In this document: positions 23,338 through 35,551 of the stretch, one piece after another
Numbering within the stretch: the stretch's first letter is position 1
How the letters are laid out: the number at the start of each line of letters is the position of its first letter
Program-made: the position numbers and the translations under genes
Notes under the pieces: generated by a model
Told to the model about the DNA's origin: nothing
Seen by the model: the letters and a program-made list of their open reading frames with translations, nothing else
Databases searched by the model: none
NCBI GenBank assembly: GCA_034226945.1
Contig: CP120453.1
Span: 806,001 to 870,000, forward strand
Reading direction: 5' to 3'
Source: Picochlorum sp. SENEW3
Taxonomy: Eukaryota
Length of the DNA stretch: 64,000 nucleotides

Positions 23338-25039
23338 ATGCAGACAACTATTTGTCCTGGAAAAGGACCTGAGGCAGCGACTCTGGCGTTGAAATTGGTA
23401 GAGTGGAATTTCGGTCCATTATGCAAGGTATGAGTTGTGTTTGATTCGATGTAAAGGGGCGACCAAGGTCCTGATACGTGATTTGAATGTGCAGCGTGTC
23501 GTCAAGAGTTTGGTCCATCATGGTAGGCAGAGCTTGAAGGAGCTCCGATCGACATCTGAGTTGAAGAAAGATGCTTTGCAATTGGCGTTGATGGTTCTGA
23601 TTCAGCAAAACTGCGTGGATGTGAATGTGCAACCGTTGTCTCCCAGTGGGAAGGAAGAGTACACATATGAGGCCAATATTCCTAGGATATTACAGATAAT
23701 TCGGATCCCTCTCTTCCTTCACATTATAGATCACGTGTTACCCAAAGAGCATAGGGAGGTGAAAAAGATTGTGTTGCAGACGCTGTTTCATCATGGAAGG
23801 ATGACAGTTGACCAGATTGTTGAACATGCACTGCAATCATCTTCGTCCACAGAGGACGTGTTGCGAGATTGTATCCGTGATTTAGTTCATAGAAGATTGA
23901 TAGAGAGGGCTCCTCTGTGCTCGTTGCCTCCAGCACCTGACACAGTTCATGTACGAGCTCAGAAGAGAAGATCTGCAAATCGTTCCCATGATGACGAAGA
24001 GGAAGGGGCCAATCTGATTGCACGGGCACGTGAAAGAAGAAATCAAAGTTCTTTAAGATTCTGTTGGGATATGAACGAGGATGATGCATCTGAGAGCAAA
24101 AGGATGAAGAAAAAGAGGAAATATGAAGAGATGGAAAATGCATCATCTGCAGTCCTCTGGCGAGTGAATTTCGAAGAATGCAATAGAAGATTATACAATA
24201 GTTTAGCAATAGATCTTTTTGAGAAACATGTCGGAGGAGCAAGCCGCAAGGTGGTCGAAGCCATCCTGTATGCTGATGAGCAAGAGGCAGAGCTGAGTGA
24301 TGGTGGGGTCGCACCCATCATGCATGATTCTTCCTTCGTGTCGCAACAGGATCTCTTGAAAGCTTCGAAAGAAATTCATGCCGTGCACCTCAAAGCATCA
24401 GATATCAAAGAGGTGTTGGAAGCTTGTCGTGACCATGATGCAGGGGATGCTGTTCTAACAGCACATGGGAAATCCCTTCCTCCATTATCATCGTGCATAC
24501 AAACGAACGGAAATATACGATTCAGAACCACAGAAGCTCTAAGGATCGCGAGGCATTTGTCTCTATTGGCAATAATTGAACAGAGATTTGGATCCTCAGC
24601 ACGCAGAGTATGGAACATGCTTTATCTCGGTGGTCAAATGGAGCAAAAAGCTATTGCAACTGAATCAATGTTACATAATGGAGAGGCTAGAGAAGTGCTG
24701 TACGCCATGCTTCGCAATGGTTTTGTCACATTGCAGGATGTGCCAAGGAATGCAGACAGAGCTCCATCCAGAACCTTTTACACATGGAGAGCCCCTTTGG
24801 ATATGGCAACCATACGAGCTACAATAATGCTTTATAGAACAGCTAACAATCTTCTTTCTAGAATGGCGCATGAAACATCAACCAATTCCGAACTCCTGCG
24901 CCGAGTACACCTCGTCAATCAAGGGAGAATGGATGCCTCGCAGCTAAATGCGTCGCAGCTGCACAAGCTCAAAGCAACAGTTAGAATCACAGAAAGTGCT
25001 CTGATAGACATAGAATCACAAATTGCAATTTTTTCGTGA
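23338..25039 (+). CDS. RPC3: RNA polymerase III subunit RPC3 (RPC82/POLR3C)
   Basis: Intron 23428-23494. N-terminal LMVLIQQNCV, LWRVNFEE and C-terminal IEQRFG..ARRVW..MEQKAI..AREVLY..LQDVPR..RAPSRTFYTW. Confidence 0.88.
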
Positions 25040-25040
25040 T

Positions 25041-25045
25041 TGTAA
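25041..25045 (+). terminator. Chlorophyte UGUAA polyadenylation signal (representative instance)
   Basis: TGTAA follows plus-strand stops at 2655, 10110, 12213, 25041, 26078, 40099, 43908, 49208 and 53973. TTACA follows minus-strand stops at 10178, 13715, 27941, 36992 and 41192. Confidence 0.75.
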
Positions 25046-25418
25046 CGTCATGATTTGAACCTGCATTGCAACCAGGGTCAAACCTGAGTCATGAGGTACC
25101 GTATCACACCCTGTTCAAGTGTACCCTTGCATCCGTGTACCTCACAAAAGATGTCTAGTATCACTCTCATGGCGATACAATGCCCTATGGGAGCCATGAC
25201 AATGACCATGCATGAGAGGAGAGGGCACTCTCCTCACCACCCATCGAGCCCCAGTGTTGATAGGACCCGTAGGATGCAATCGACGAGAATCTCAACAAGA
25301 TAGAGTGTCATCCAAAATTGCTGCTCTCACAAGTGGACGCCCCAATCGCCTATAATCCGACCCAGCTCCACTAGCCCTGATAACATAAATTTATATAAAT
25401 ACCTTGAACGAATACACA

Positions 25419-25956
25419 ATGCAGTTGACTCAGTCTATTCGCTCTTTCTCTTCATCCTCTGTGATGTCTACTCGTCGTACGTTGTCGCCATAATACTGAT
25501 GGATCGGGCCATGGCATCGCATTTTGGTCCCTTGTTTTACCTTGAAGTTGTGATTTAATGCTACCACGAGGGAAGGGAGGGCGCTATGGCAGCAGATGGT
25601 TGATACTCGCCATGTAGCAGCATCGCGTCGCATACAGTTGATATTGCAAGAAACGTGGACACGAATGAATCATAATATTGTTTTTCATTGCAGGCATCCA
25701 GAGAAAGCCAATGGTGGTGCGTGCCGAGGAGGGTGCTGCTGCCCCAGAGGCACCAAAGAAGCCAGAGGTTGGACCAAAGAGAGGAGCTATTGTGAAGATT
25801 CTCCGCCCAGAGTCTTACTGGTATAGAGATACTGGAAAGGTTGTGTCTGTGGACCAGTCAGGAATCCGTTACCCAGTGGTTGTTCGTTTCGAGAAGGTCA
25901 ACTATGCTGGAGTGACTACCAACAACTATGCCCTTGATGAGGTCGAGGAGGTTTAA
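25419..25956 (+). CDS. psaE: Photosystem I subunit IV (PsaE)
   Basis: Exon 1 is 25419-25476, intron 25477-25693. Transit peptide ends MVVRA; mature part is [41 protein letters not shown]. Confidence 0.97.
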
Positions 25957-26102
25957 AGAGCAACACCCTTTTTCTCAAACACTATAGAGCTACAATCGAG
26001 TGTGTGTGCGCGCGATGATTTGCCCATGAAGGGTGTATTCATTGATGAACATCCATACATTGGTTGCCGTTTGTTAATGTAAACGATCAAACATGTAGTA
26101 CA

Positions 26103-27404
26103 TCATTCAGTGCCATCTTCCTGCCAAGAAAATGGTGGAGAAGAATCTAGACGCTTTGTGAGAATATCGCAGCCATTCTCTGTGATGATAATCTGGTGCT
26201 CAAACTGAGCAGACTTTTTTCCATCCTCTGTCACAGATGTCCATCCATCTGGCCAGGTTTTATCTCTGTGGCTACCTTCATTGATCATTGGTTCGATAGT
26301 GAACACTTCACCAACCTTCATAATCCCCTTTGCTTTGTTATGCGCATAATGAGGAACATTGGGAGCACAATGGAACAGATCACCAATGCCATGACCACAA
26401 TACGATTTTACCACACCGAATCCTTTCGAATGCGCGTGCTTTGAAATAATTGAACCAATATCTCGATATCGGGTGCCTGGTTTGCATGCCTCAATGGCCT
26501 TGTGAAGGCATTCATACGTTGTCTTGACCAAAAGCTTTGTGCTCTCGCTGGCTTCCCCAACCACAAATGTTTCATTCAAATCCCCATGCCAGCCATTGTA
26601 GTATACAGTCACATCCACATTGACGATATCGCCATTTTCTAATTTCCTCCTATCCGGGATCCCGTGACAAATAACTTCATTCACAGATGTACAGACTGAC
26701 TTTGGAAAATTGAAATAGTTGTATGGAGAAGGATACGCTCCAAATTCAATGCATGCATTATGAACAACTTCATCAATATAGTCAGTTGTTATTCCAGGCT
26801 CGATGACAGCATGCGCTCTGTCGAGCACCAAACGCCCAATCCGACAGGCCTCCCTGATACCTGCCTCTTCATCACCCTGTCTAATAGCCACAACCTTTTG
26901 CTGCTTACTCCTCATCTCAGATCGAGGAATGCCATCATTATAATAGTCGGTCTTTGGAATAGAATCTGGAATTTCTCGTGTCGGACCAATTCTATATGGC
27001 CGCAATGGTCCAGTCCACTGGAACTCTGGCCGATACAGTGACCTCCCCTCTCCTCGGCGTACACAATAATGCCACGCATGATCCCCTGGTCTATGAATCT
27101 TCTTATGCTCTTGCCACGCATCCTACATGTGGATGATGACGAATATTCGTATATATCAGAAACACACGATGAATGTGAGCACTCAGCCTGCTGGAAGCAC
27201 TAGAGCAGCTGCCCCCTGTCTACGATCATTATTATGCATGCACCATACCTTGAAGCATTCCTGAGAACAAAATGTAGAAAAATCTTGCTCAAGCTTGAGT
27301 TCAAGACATTTTGGACACTGCAACGTCGCAGGCTTACTGCAGCGAGCGCATGTGTACCCAACAAGGGAGGCTTTTTCTTGATTGTCTGTACCCTTCTGCT
27401 CCAT
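26103..27404 (-). CDS. MAP1: Cytosolic methionine aminopeptidase 1 with N-terminal zinc finger
   Basis: Exon 1 carries [18 protein letters not shown], intron 27248-27123. Then [38 protein letters not shown] and SAQFEH. Confidence 0.96.
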
Positions 27405-27512
27405 CCAGGCGATTCAGGTAAAATTATTACACACAAGTTAAATAATTATTGCATACGGACTGGTAGGTAATGCCGTTATGATGAGAAGTGTCGCATGGAC
27501 CAAAAAGGGTCC

Positions 27513-27872
27513 CTACAAATCCTTTGCTTTGATCTTCCCTGAATTCTTGTTCTGCGATGCTGCGGCACTGATCACTCGTCGTAGCAGAAAAATGTAATCT
27601 CGTGGATTCAAAGGCTTCAAGTGATGAAATTCAGAAGAGAAACCGAGATAAAACAGAAATGGAAGGCATGAAATGAGGGCCAGGACCCCCAGGAAAGGGT
27701 ATGCACCTGCCAACTTAGGGTATTGGTCAACATGGACCATGAGTTCGTGGGCTATAAACCAAAATAATCCACTAATAATGCATATTCCTAATATGCTTTG
27801 GACTATTCCTGTGACTGAGTTGGATTGGCCACCACCAGACTTTCCGAGAATTGGCTGCATTCTCCCGCTCAT
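27513..27872 (-). CDS. Small hypothetical two-TM membrane protein
   Basis: 119-aa ORF filling the gap between CTR9 and MAP1, with two hydrophobic segments. No family recognised. Confidence 0.5.
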   Translation of the reverse strand: MSGRMQPILGKSGGGQSNSVTGIVQSILGICIISGLFWFIAHELMVHVDQYPKLAGAYPFLGVLALISCLPFLFYLGFSSEFHHLKPLNPRDYIFLLRRVISAAASQNKNSGKIKAKDL

Positions 27873-27961
27873 CTTGTTTGTATTCTCTCCCTTCCTCTCG
27901 TCTACGATAATCCGAATGTACCTATTTTGAATAATTTATATTACAAAATTCAAGTGATTAT

Positions 27962-30900
27962 TCAGTCACTGTCGCTATCGATGAGTTTTCTGCTCTTTTT
28001 TGTTGGGGAGGAAGAAGACGGGGGATTCCCTGCCTCTTGCTCGTGGTCAGCGTGATTCGCTGTGTCAGCCTGCTCTTCTACCCGGGGCCGTTTGCCCGAT
28101 TCGTTCTGCTGAAGATCGCCTCCTCTTTCTTCCTCATCCTCGTCAGAGCTGGAAAGGAGCCCTGCTGCTTTAAGAGGATCCATCTCATCATCATCGTCAT
28201 CATCAAGTCCTGGTTCAGGCGGTGCTGCATCCATTTTCTCCTGTCCAGGGACGTATTCGTCATCATCCTCGGATATATTTGCAAAGTATGCATCGAGTGT
28301 ATCGTCTTGAGGCTGCGCTGATGGTTTCTGAATGCCGCTAATGTCTCCCTCTGCGACTGCTTTTTCCAATGCCGTTCCTCGTTTCCAGGCATCCTTGAGG
28401 TGCTTGAGGTGCTCCTCAGTCTTCTTGGCAATCTCTTGTCGCCGCAATTCCTCAGCTTTGGATTCAGCATCTCTTCTTTGTTTTTCTAATTCTTTTGTTT
28501 TCGCAGCAGCCTTTCTTCGAAGGGCTTGTTCGTTTCTCTTCAATGACGCTGCTGCTGCTTCTTTTTCTGCTGCTGACAATTTGATCAGTGCACTCTTGTG
28601 CATTTCTGCCGCAAAACCAACATGATGATCAAGTTTTTTGGTTGCTATACCAGTACTTGATTGGCCGATTTTTTGTAATCCCATGAATATCCTGTGCGAA
28701 TTTTCAAATGCCAGGACAGCCCCACGATATGCTTCAACTTTTCCTTCCTCTCCTCCTGCAAACTCAGTTTGATGCAGTACCTTTGCACCTCCCTGCTGCA
28801 ATAAATATGCTGCATTGAAACGGAGTCTATGGTCTGCGGGTGCGAGATGTAAGGCTTTTGCTACGGTTTTGATTGCTTCCTCTCCATTATTACTCTCGTA
28901 TTGGGCTCTTGCAAGATACAGCAACAACCTTGGGTCGAGTTGCAAAGAAGGATGTTTCTTCATCGCCTGCTTGAATGTTGCCTCTGCAGCTTTGCTCTGT
29001 TTTAAACCCAGTTGAACATTGGCAAGATTTACTGATGCATCACTGATAGTGATGAAGCCATCTGTGGCGGCAGAAGCCTCCTGTGCACGCAGAAAGACTT
29101 CCTTGGCATCATTGAGCCTGCCAGCCTCTGCCAAAACACAACCAATTCCATTGGCGGCGAATAAGTTTCCGGGATCTCTTTCCAAAGCTCTTTTAAATAG
29201 ACCCATAGCATTGGTCAAGTGCACAGCAGCTTTTTCATAGTTTCCTGAATGATGAAGTTCTCCTGGGATGGAGTAGAGATGAATATTGCCCAATGCAACT
29301 CTTCCATAGGTCTCTACGTTTGATGCTCCTGTTGGTAGCGCACTCTGCAATTCTTCCAGGCACTTTTTAGCACTCGACAGATCCCTGCGCTCCAAATAAA
29401 TTCCGGCAAGAAGAGCCAATGCATCCGCAGAGTTTGAGGAAGTCTCGGCTGCCTTTCTTGCCCATGTCTCTGCACCATTGATGTCACCCTTCTTTTTGCA
29501 AATACAGGCCAGGCGCAAGATACAATCAACGTATTTTGGAAACTCCTTCAATAAATCCAAATATTCCTTCTCTGCAGTCCGCAGATCACCCATGGCCTCG
29601 GTAATCCGAGCCATATTGTACCCGAGCGTCACTTGGGATGCTGGATGCAAGTTTCCAAGATTCCCTGACCTTGCATTTTCAATTGCCGCACTCTCCAACC
29701 TAAACGCCGTCGCAGACTGACCTGTTCTGAGATATAACACAGCTGCATTGTTCAATAGCCTGCACGGTACCGAGGATAGAGATTCTGGTGAATCGCTCGC
29801 ATCCTTGTGTATCTCTATTGCCTTTGAATACGCCTTCATTGCCTTTGCTGGGTCATCTATGCATACAATGTCTCCCAGATTCTCCCATAGGTTTGCGTTA
29901 TTCCCTATCTCTTCAACCATTCGAGCGAATTCGTTTATAACAGATTTGTTCTTCAGCATTGTTCCTTTGAAATGGGGAATCAAAGGACCAAAGTGAGTTG
30001 CAATGTCGACCCATGCAGGGTATTCTTGCATCAAAGATTGGAACAAGTTCCCTGCTTGCACAAAATCGCGCTTCGCAGTACTCAACTGCGCTAAACCCAA
30101 TCTAGCTGCTCTAGACGATGCCTTATCCATTTTTATTGCCTTTTTGTAATACTCAATGGCATTATCAATGTCACCTTTTGCATGATATAATCTTCCAATC
30201 AACCCGTTAATTTCTGCCCTTGACCCTACATCATCAAATGGAATCCTTTCCAACGCTAACTCGGCAAACTGCAACGACACCTCAAACATTCCCTGCCCCA
30301 TCGTATACTCTGAAACCAATATGGCTGCATAGGGATTCTCAGGGTCTTGTTGATAGGCTCTCAACAAACTCATAGCACCGTTCTCTCCTGACGATAGATC
30401 GACAATTCCTATTCCGATCAACGCAATGATACAACGAGGATTGAGTTCCAATGCCCTTTCAAATGCCTGCCTTGCCTTCTTCATATTCCCCAGAGAAAAA
30501 TGGCATGCCCCAATAGCCGCTCGAACTTCAGACGGACACTCTGGACACTCCCTCAGCGCTTTTCTATACCACTCCAACGCTTTCGAGAAATTCTTTGACG
30601 CATACTCCAACCGCCCTAGTGCCAAATGCCCCGCTACTGACCGCCTCCCGTTGCTCCTACTCCGCTGTGCCACCTGAAACTCTTTCCTCGCCACAGATAC
30701 ATTCCCTGTTATCCATGCAACCTCACCAATACCAATATGAGGCAACATTTCTTTAGGATCAATCCTCTGCGCATCAAAATAGGCCTTGTTTGCTGCATTT
30801 GTCAATTCCCTCTTCTTCACTCCATCTTCCACCACCCGAGACTGCTCCACATACATATCCCCTAGACAACACAATGCTTTGATCCTTAAATAATTTGATT

Positions 30901-31168
30901 CTCGACCTCTCCATCTACTCTGAGCCACCTCTGCAGTCTTTTCAGTAAATTTGGCAAACACATCCAAACTCCCAGACTCCAAGCTCACCATGCAACAGTC
31001 CAACCACGTTTCCAACGGAACATCCTTTCCGTCCATAAAATTCAATAGCTTCAAATCCACATCCTTCCGCGTGAGAAGCAACTGCTCCCGTGACCGACGT
31101 GATGGATCCCCAGCATTCAGTGGGACAACCAGGTACTTGTGCTTCGCTTGAGCACCCGAGGCACTCAT
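27962..31168 (-). CDS. CTR9: Paf1 complex TPR subunit CTR9/VIP6
   Basis: Long TPR array with VPLETWL, ELNPRCIIAL, LLNNAAVL, YNMARITE, PKYVDCILRLA and NLFAANGIGCVLAE, plus an acidic C-terminal tail. The start at MSASG is my choice; the ORF is open to 31393. Confidence 0.9.
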   Translation of the reverse strand: MSASGAQAKHKYLVVPLNAGDPSRRSREQLLLTRKDVDLKLLNFMDGKDVPLETWLDCCMVSLESGSLDVFAKFTEKTAEVAQSRWRGRESNYLRIKALCCLGDMYVEQSRVVEDGVKKRELTNAANKAYFDAQRIDPKEMLPHIGIGEVAWITGNVSVARKEFQVAQRSRSNGRRSVAGHLALGRLEYASKNFSKALEWYRKALRECPECPSEVRAAIGACHFSLGNMKKARQAFERALELNPRCIIALIGIGIVDLSSGENGAMSLLRAYQQDPENPYAAILVSEYTMGQGMFEVSLQFAELALERIPFDDVGSRAEINGLIGRLYHAKGDIDNAIEYYKKAIKMDKASSRAARLGLAQLSTAKRDFVQAGNLFQSLMQEYPAWVDIATHFGPLIPHFKGTMLKNKSVINEFARMVEEIGNNANLWENLGDIVCIDDPAKAMKAYSKAIEIHKDASDSPESLSSVPCRLLNNAAVLYLRTGQSATAFRLESAAIENARSGNLGNLHPASQVTLGYNMARITEAMGDLRTAEKEYLDLLKEFPKYVDCILRLACICKKKGDINGAETWARKAAETSSNSADALALLAGIYLERRDLSSAKKCLEELQSALPTGASNVETYGRVALGNIHLYSIPGELHHSGNYEKAAVHLTNAMGLFKRALERDPGNLFAANGIGCVLAEAGRLNDAKEVFLRAQEASAATDGFITISDASVNLANVQLGLKQSKAAEATFKQAMKKHPSLQLDPRLLLYLARAQYESNNGEEAIKTVAKALHLAPADHRLRFNAAYLLQQGGAKVLHQTEFAGGEEGKVEAYRGAVLAFENSHRIFMGLQKIGQSSTGIATKKLDHHVGFAAEMHKSALIKLSAAEKEAAAASLKRNEQALRRKAAAKTKELEKQRRDAESKAEELRRQEIAKKTEEHLKHLKDAWKRGTALEKAVAEGDISGIQKPSAQPQDDTLDAYFANISEDDDEYVPGQEKMDAAPPEPGLDDDDDDEMDPLKAAGLLSSSDEDEEERGGDLQQNESGKRPRVEEQADTANHADHEQEAGNPPSSSSPTKKSRKLIDSDSD

Positions 31169-31457
31169 AATGACAGCGGCAAAGGTCTCAGTAAGACGCC
31201 TGTGTGGATTTAGAATTGCCATCGAGATGCTTCGCATACCTGCAGTCATATGTCGGATGGCAAAACCAAAGTACACTGATTGGTTACATCTACCCATCAA
31301 AATATACTTTGACCGATAGAAAGTGTCGCTGTCAACGAATGTCTTATGCATCGCATGTGGTTGTATAGGCACAATGTGCGACTTTACATGCATTTAAAAT
31401 AATTCTTCGTGGTTTCTATCATCTATTACAGATACTGCGTTTCATTTAAGACGTACC

Positions 31458-33748
31458 ATGCAGAGTTCTATTTTTGGTCAGCACCTGAGACAGGTGGTGC
31501 TCGGCCAGTTGAAGCAGAGCAATGTGCATTCTATATCCCATGGATTATATTCAACAGGTATGTGGTCGGCAATGTGGCGCTCATGAGCTGTAGCCGAGAA
31601 TCGGTGTCGGTGTGTGGTTTTGAGAAGGAGACATGTCGCATGTGCATTGCGGTGGAGGATACATCGGCATAGGTGATATCGAGCATGGAATTATATATTA
31701 TGATTTCTAAGTAAACGATTATCAACGCAGGAATGAAGCATTTGGGAGGGACTAGGCAGTCAGCTCTTGGTGGTGCAAGAAAGGTTGCCACCATGCCTGT
31801 TCTCAACAGGATGGTTGTGCGCGCTGCTGCTGCTCCAGTGGGTACGTGGTATCTCTTCTTCTTATGAATGATCATTATTTGGAGTTTGAATATACTGGAT
31901 GACATGGTGTCTTGGTATGCAGAGGAGAAGACAAGGAATGCTGAGGACGTCAGTGGGAATGATGATCTGAGGAATATCGCCATTATTGCTCACGTCGATC
32001 ATGGAAAAACAACGCTTGTGGATTCGATGTTGAAGCAGTCTAAAGTGTTCCGTGAGAATCAGGCAGTGGAGACGCGCATTATGGATAGCAATGATTTAGA
32101 GAGGGAGAGAGGTATTACTATTCTTTCCAAGAACACTGCCATCCGTTACAAGGGGAAAAAGATCAACATTATTGATACCCCAGGGCACGCGGACTTTGGT
32201 GGAGAGGTGGAGAGAGTGTTGAATATGGCAGATGGTGTGTTGTTGCTTGTTGACTCTGTGGAGGGCCCCATGCCTCAGACACGATTTGTGTTGAGAAAGG
32301 CTCTGTCTCTTGACAAGAAGGTTGTGGTTGTCGTGAACAAGATTGATAGACCAGCTGCTCGCCCTGATTATGTCATAGATGCTGTATTTGATCTCTTCTG
32401 TGAGCTCGATGCCACTGATGAGCAGTGCGACTTCCCTGTTGTGTACGCATCAGGAATGTCAGGCATTGCTGGAAATGAGCCAGATCAGCTGTCAGATGAT
32501 CTCGAGCCATTGTTTGAGGCAATTCTTCGCGAAGTGAATCCACCAAATGTTGACAAGAATGGGCCAACAAGAATGCAAGTGTGTGCGTTGGATTATGATG
32601 AACACAAGGGTAGAATTGCCATTGGCCGTGTGGATAGAGGAAGCATCAAGAAGGGGGACAATGTAGCATTGTGCCTTCCAGACGAGGAACCAAGGAAAGG
32701 AAAGGTTACTGAACTCTTTGTCTATGATAATTTCACAAGAGTTCCAGCGGATGAGGTCCATGCTGGAGACATTTGCTGTCTCACTGGAATATCTGACGTA
32801 TCCATCGGTGACACCCTCTGTGATCCAAGCGTCCAGGAGCCCCTCCCAACCATTGCTGTGGAGGAACCAACTGTGACAATGACGTTTGCAGTGAATACCT
32901 CTCCATTTGCTGGACAAGAGGGTAAGTTTGTGACGAGCAGGAATTTGAAGGAACGATTGGAAAGAGAGCTTGAGAGGAACTTGGCCCTCAAAGTTGCTCC
33001 TGGAGAGGGAGCAGAGTCCTTTGAGGTCTCTGGAAGAGGATCCCTTCATCTCGGAATCCTGATGGAAAATATGCGCCGTGAAGGCTACGAATTCTCCGTA
33101 GGACCTCCAAAGGTCATCACCAAAAAGTCCGATGATGGCACTCTCCTCGAGCCATTTGAGGAGGCTGTCATTGAGGTCCCTGAAGAGCACGTCGGAGCAG
33201 TCACATCGCTCATGGGATCCAGAAAAGCTCAAATGCTTGACATGTCTGGAGGATCTGAAGGTCTCACCCGTGTCAAATACACTTTGCCAACCAGAGGTCT
33301 CCTCGGACTTCGAAACGCAATGCTCACAGCCACAAAGGGAACAGCCATCCTGAACACACTCTTGGTAGGATATGAGCCATGGGTCGGTGACATTGATACT
33401 CGCGAGAACGGATCCCTGGTCTGCTTCGAGACAGGACAGGTCACAGCATATGCCATTGAGAGTTCCCAGCAGAGAGGAAGAATGTTTGTCTCCCCAGGTG
33501 CTCAGGTCTACGAAGGACAGGTGGTTGGCATTCATCAGAGAGCTGGAGACTTGAAAGTAAACGTCTGCAAGAAGAAAGCTCTCACAAACATGAGAGCAGC
33601 TGGTAAGGACAACACAGTCGTCTTATCTGAACCAATTCCTGTCACTTTGGACTATGCTCTTGAGTACGTTGCTGACGATGAACTCGTAGAAATCACCCCT
33701 GAGAATATCAGAATGCGAAAGAACCCCGCCATGAAGAAGAGAAAGTAA
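31458..33748 (+). CDS. typA: Organellar translational GTPase TypA/BipA (SVR3-like)
   Basis: Introns 31558-31730 and 31842-31922. [36 protein letters not shown] and C-terminal [23 protein letters not shown]. Confidence 0.95.
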
Positions 33749-33890
33749 TCATCCTTTTTGATCAGAAGAAAAAGTAATGCTTTTTAATTCGAAGAGAAAA
33801 TGCTTTTCATATAGTGATTTTTTATTCCATTTATACGCATAGTAGCTATTTATTCTCAGGAAGGTCTCGAGCCACCGTGCTGGAGAGTTC

Positions 33891-35535
33891 ATGCTCAAGC
33901 ACGCCAGTTGGATCCATAGCACGATAACGCATCGTTTTTTCACTCCCTATAAAGCTCATATACATCGCTTACCTTATTTGACATTGCATCTTGTGTCTAA
34001 TCACACGCAACGACAGCATTCGTGTCTGTTTCAAAGAGCCCTTGAGTCTTCTTCGACAATGGTGGAAGCTAACAAGGATGGAGAGGAATTTATACGACTA
34101 ACAGAATGTCAAAAGAAGGATCTGATGTCTCAGATACATATTCATGCCCTCAAAGTTCCTAAACAACGATGCCATGCACTATTGCATGTTTTGGTCAAGT
34201 ACGTGGATGCTCTTGATATGGGAGAATGTGCGATAAGCTAATGGAGTATATGTATCTGTAGTCATCTGTTTGATAGGCCTCGTATGAAAAAGGTAGAGAT
34301 ATGCCCGGGTGAAGAAGATGTTCGTTTGGTACTGTTGCGAGAGGGTTTGAAAGTACAAGGTGGGTGGAAGGATTGTGTCCGGTTGTCGTGCGCCCTGAAT
34401 ATTGTAAAGATTGGGTTGTATAATGTGTAGATTTGGCCAATTGCCGATACGTGCCATCAAAGGATGCTCCAGAGAGGACAATTCAAGCATTGATTGATGA
34501 GGAAAAGTTTGAGGTTGTCGAGCACACATTGTCCATTGGTTACGATCACATGTCTTCGGTTGAAGTACTGAAACGTTTCATGCCGTCTGGAGTGGAAATT
34601 CCTTCGAGTTTCGAGTCTATTGGGCATATTGCTCATTTAAATCTCAAGAGCGATGCACTGCCATACAAGTATTTGATTGGTCAGGTGATTCTGGATAAAA
34701 ATCCTAAAATTAAGACGGTTGTTAATAAAATTGGTACCATTACGAGTGAATATAGAGTATTTGATATGGAAGTATTGGCAGGGGTGGATGAAACGGTGAC
34801 TGAGGTTCGCCAGCATGGCATGAGGTTCCGCCTGGATTTCAGGAAAGTGTATTGGAATTCTAGGTTAGAGGCAGAGCACACAAGATTGATACGTGCATGG
34901 GTGAAACCGAAAGAGATTGTTGTGGATGCCATGGCTGGTATTGGACCTTTTGCAATTTCTGCTGCAAAACAGAATTCTGTAGTGTATGCAAATGATTTGA
35001 ACCCTGATAGTTACAAATGGTTGGTTGAGAATAGCAAAATAAACAAGGTATCGGTTCATTCATACTGTGAAGATGGTCGAGAGTTTCTGAAAAAGGCTGC
35101 TGGAGGCACATTATGTCATGATGCTGGGACATGGCAACCATTTCATCACGTTATTATGAATCTTCCAGCAACAGCTATAGAGTTTTTAGATGCATTGAAC
35201 GGGAGTTTCGATGAAAGTCTATGGAAATTTCATAATCTTCCGCTTGTTCATGTATATTCATTTCTACCTGCGACAGAGACGTATGCTGGTACGTTGTTTT
35301 CTCTTGCATCCATGTTGTCATGCACATTGTTGCTGAGCTGTTGTTGTTTGCTCCTCGTGTAGATTTACAAAAGCGGATCGAGCATCACCTTGGAGGTCCT
35401 TTAGATGATACTCCGCATTTTCATGTCGTGAGGGATGTCGCTCCAGGAAAGGCAATGATTTGCTCGACGTTTAGGGTTCCAAGGGATGTTGCATTTCCAC
35501 AAACAAGCAACAAAAAGGCCAAGTTGATGGAATAG
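33891..35535 (+). CDS. TRM5: tRNA (guanine37-N1)-methyltransferase TRM5
   Basis: Four exons, with ATG at 33891 or 34059. PSSFESIGHIAHLNL, ILDKNP, VYWNSRLEAEH, DAMAGIGPFA, ANDLNP, HVIMNLP and VRDVAPGK. Confidence 0.93.
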
Positions 35536-35551
35536 AATATGTATGTACATG

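Noticed and set aside
32492..33535. 347-aa ORF antisense to TypA
   Set aside because: It is a shadow of the codon-biased sense gene, with no recognisable motifs.
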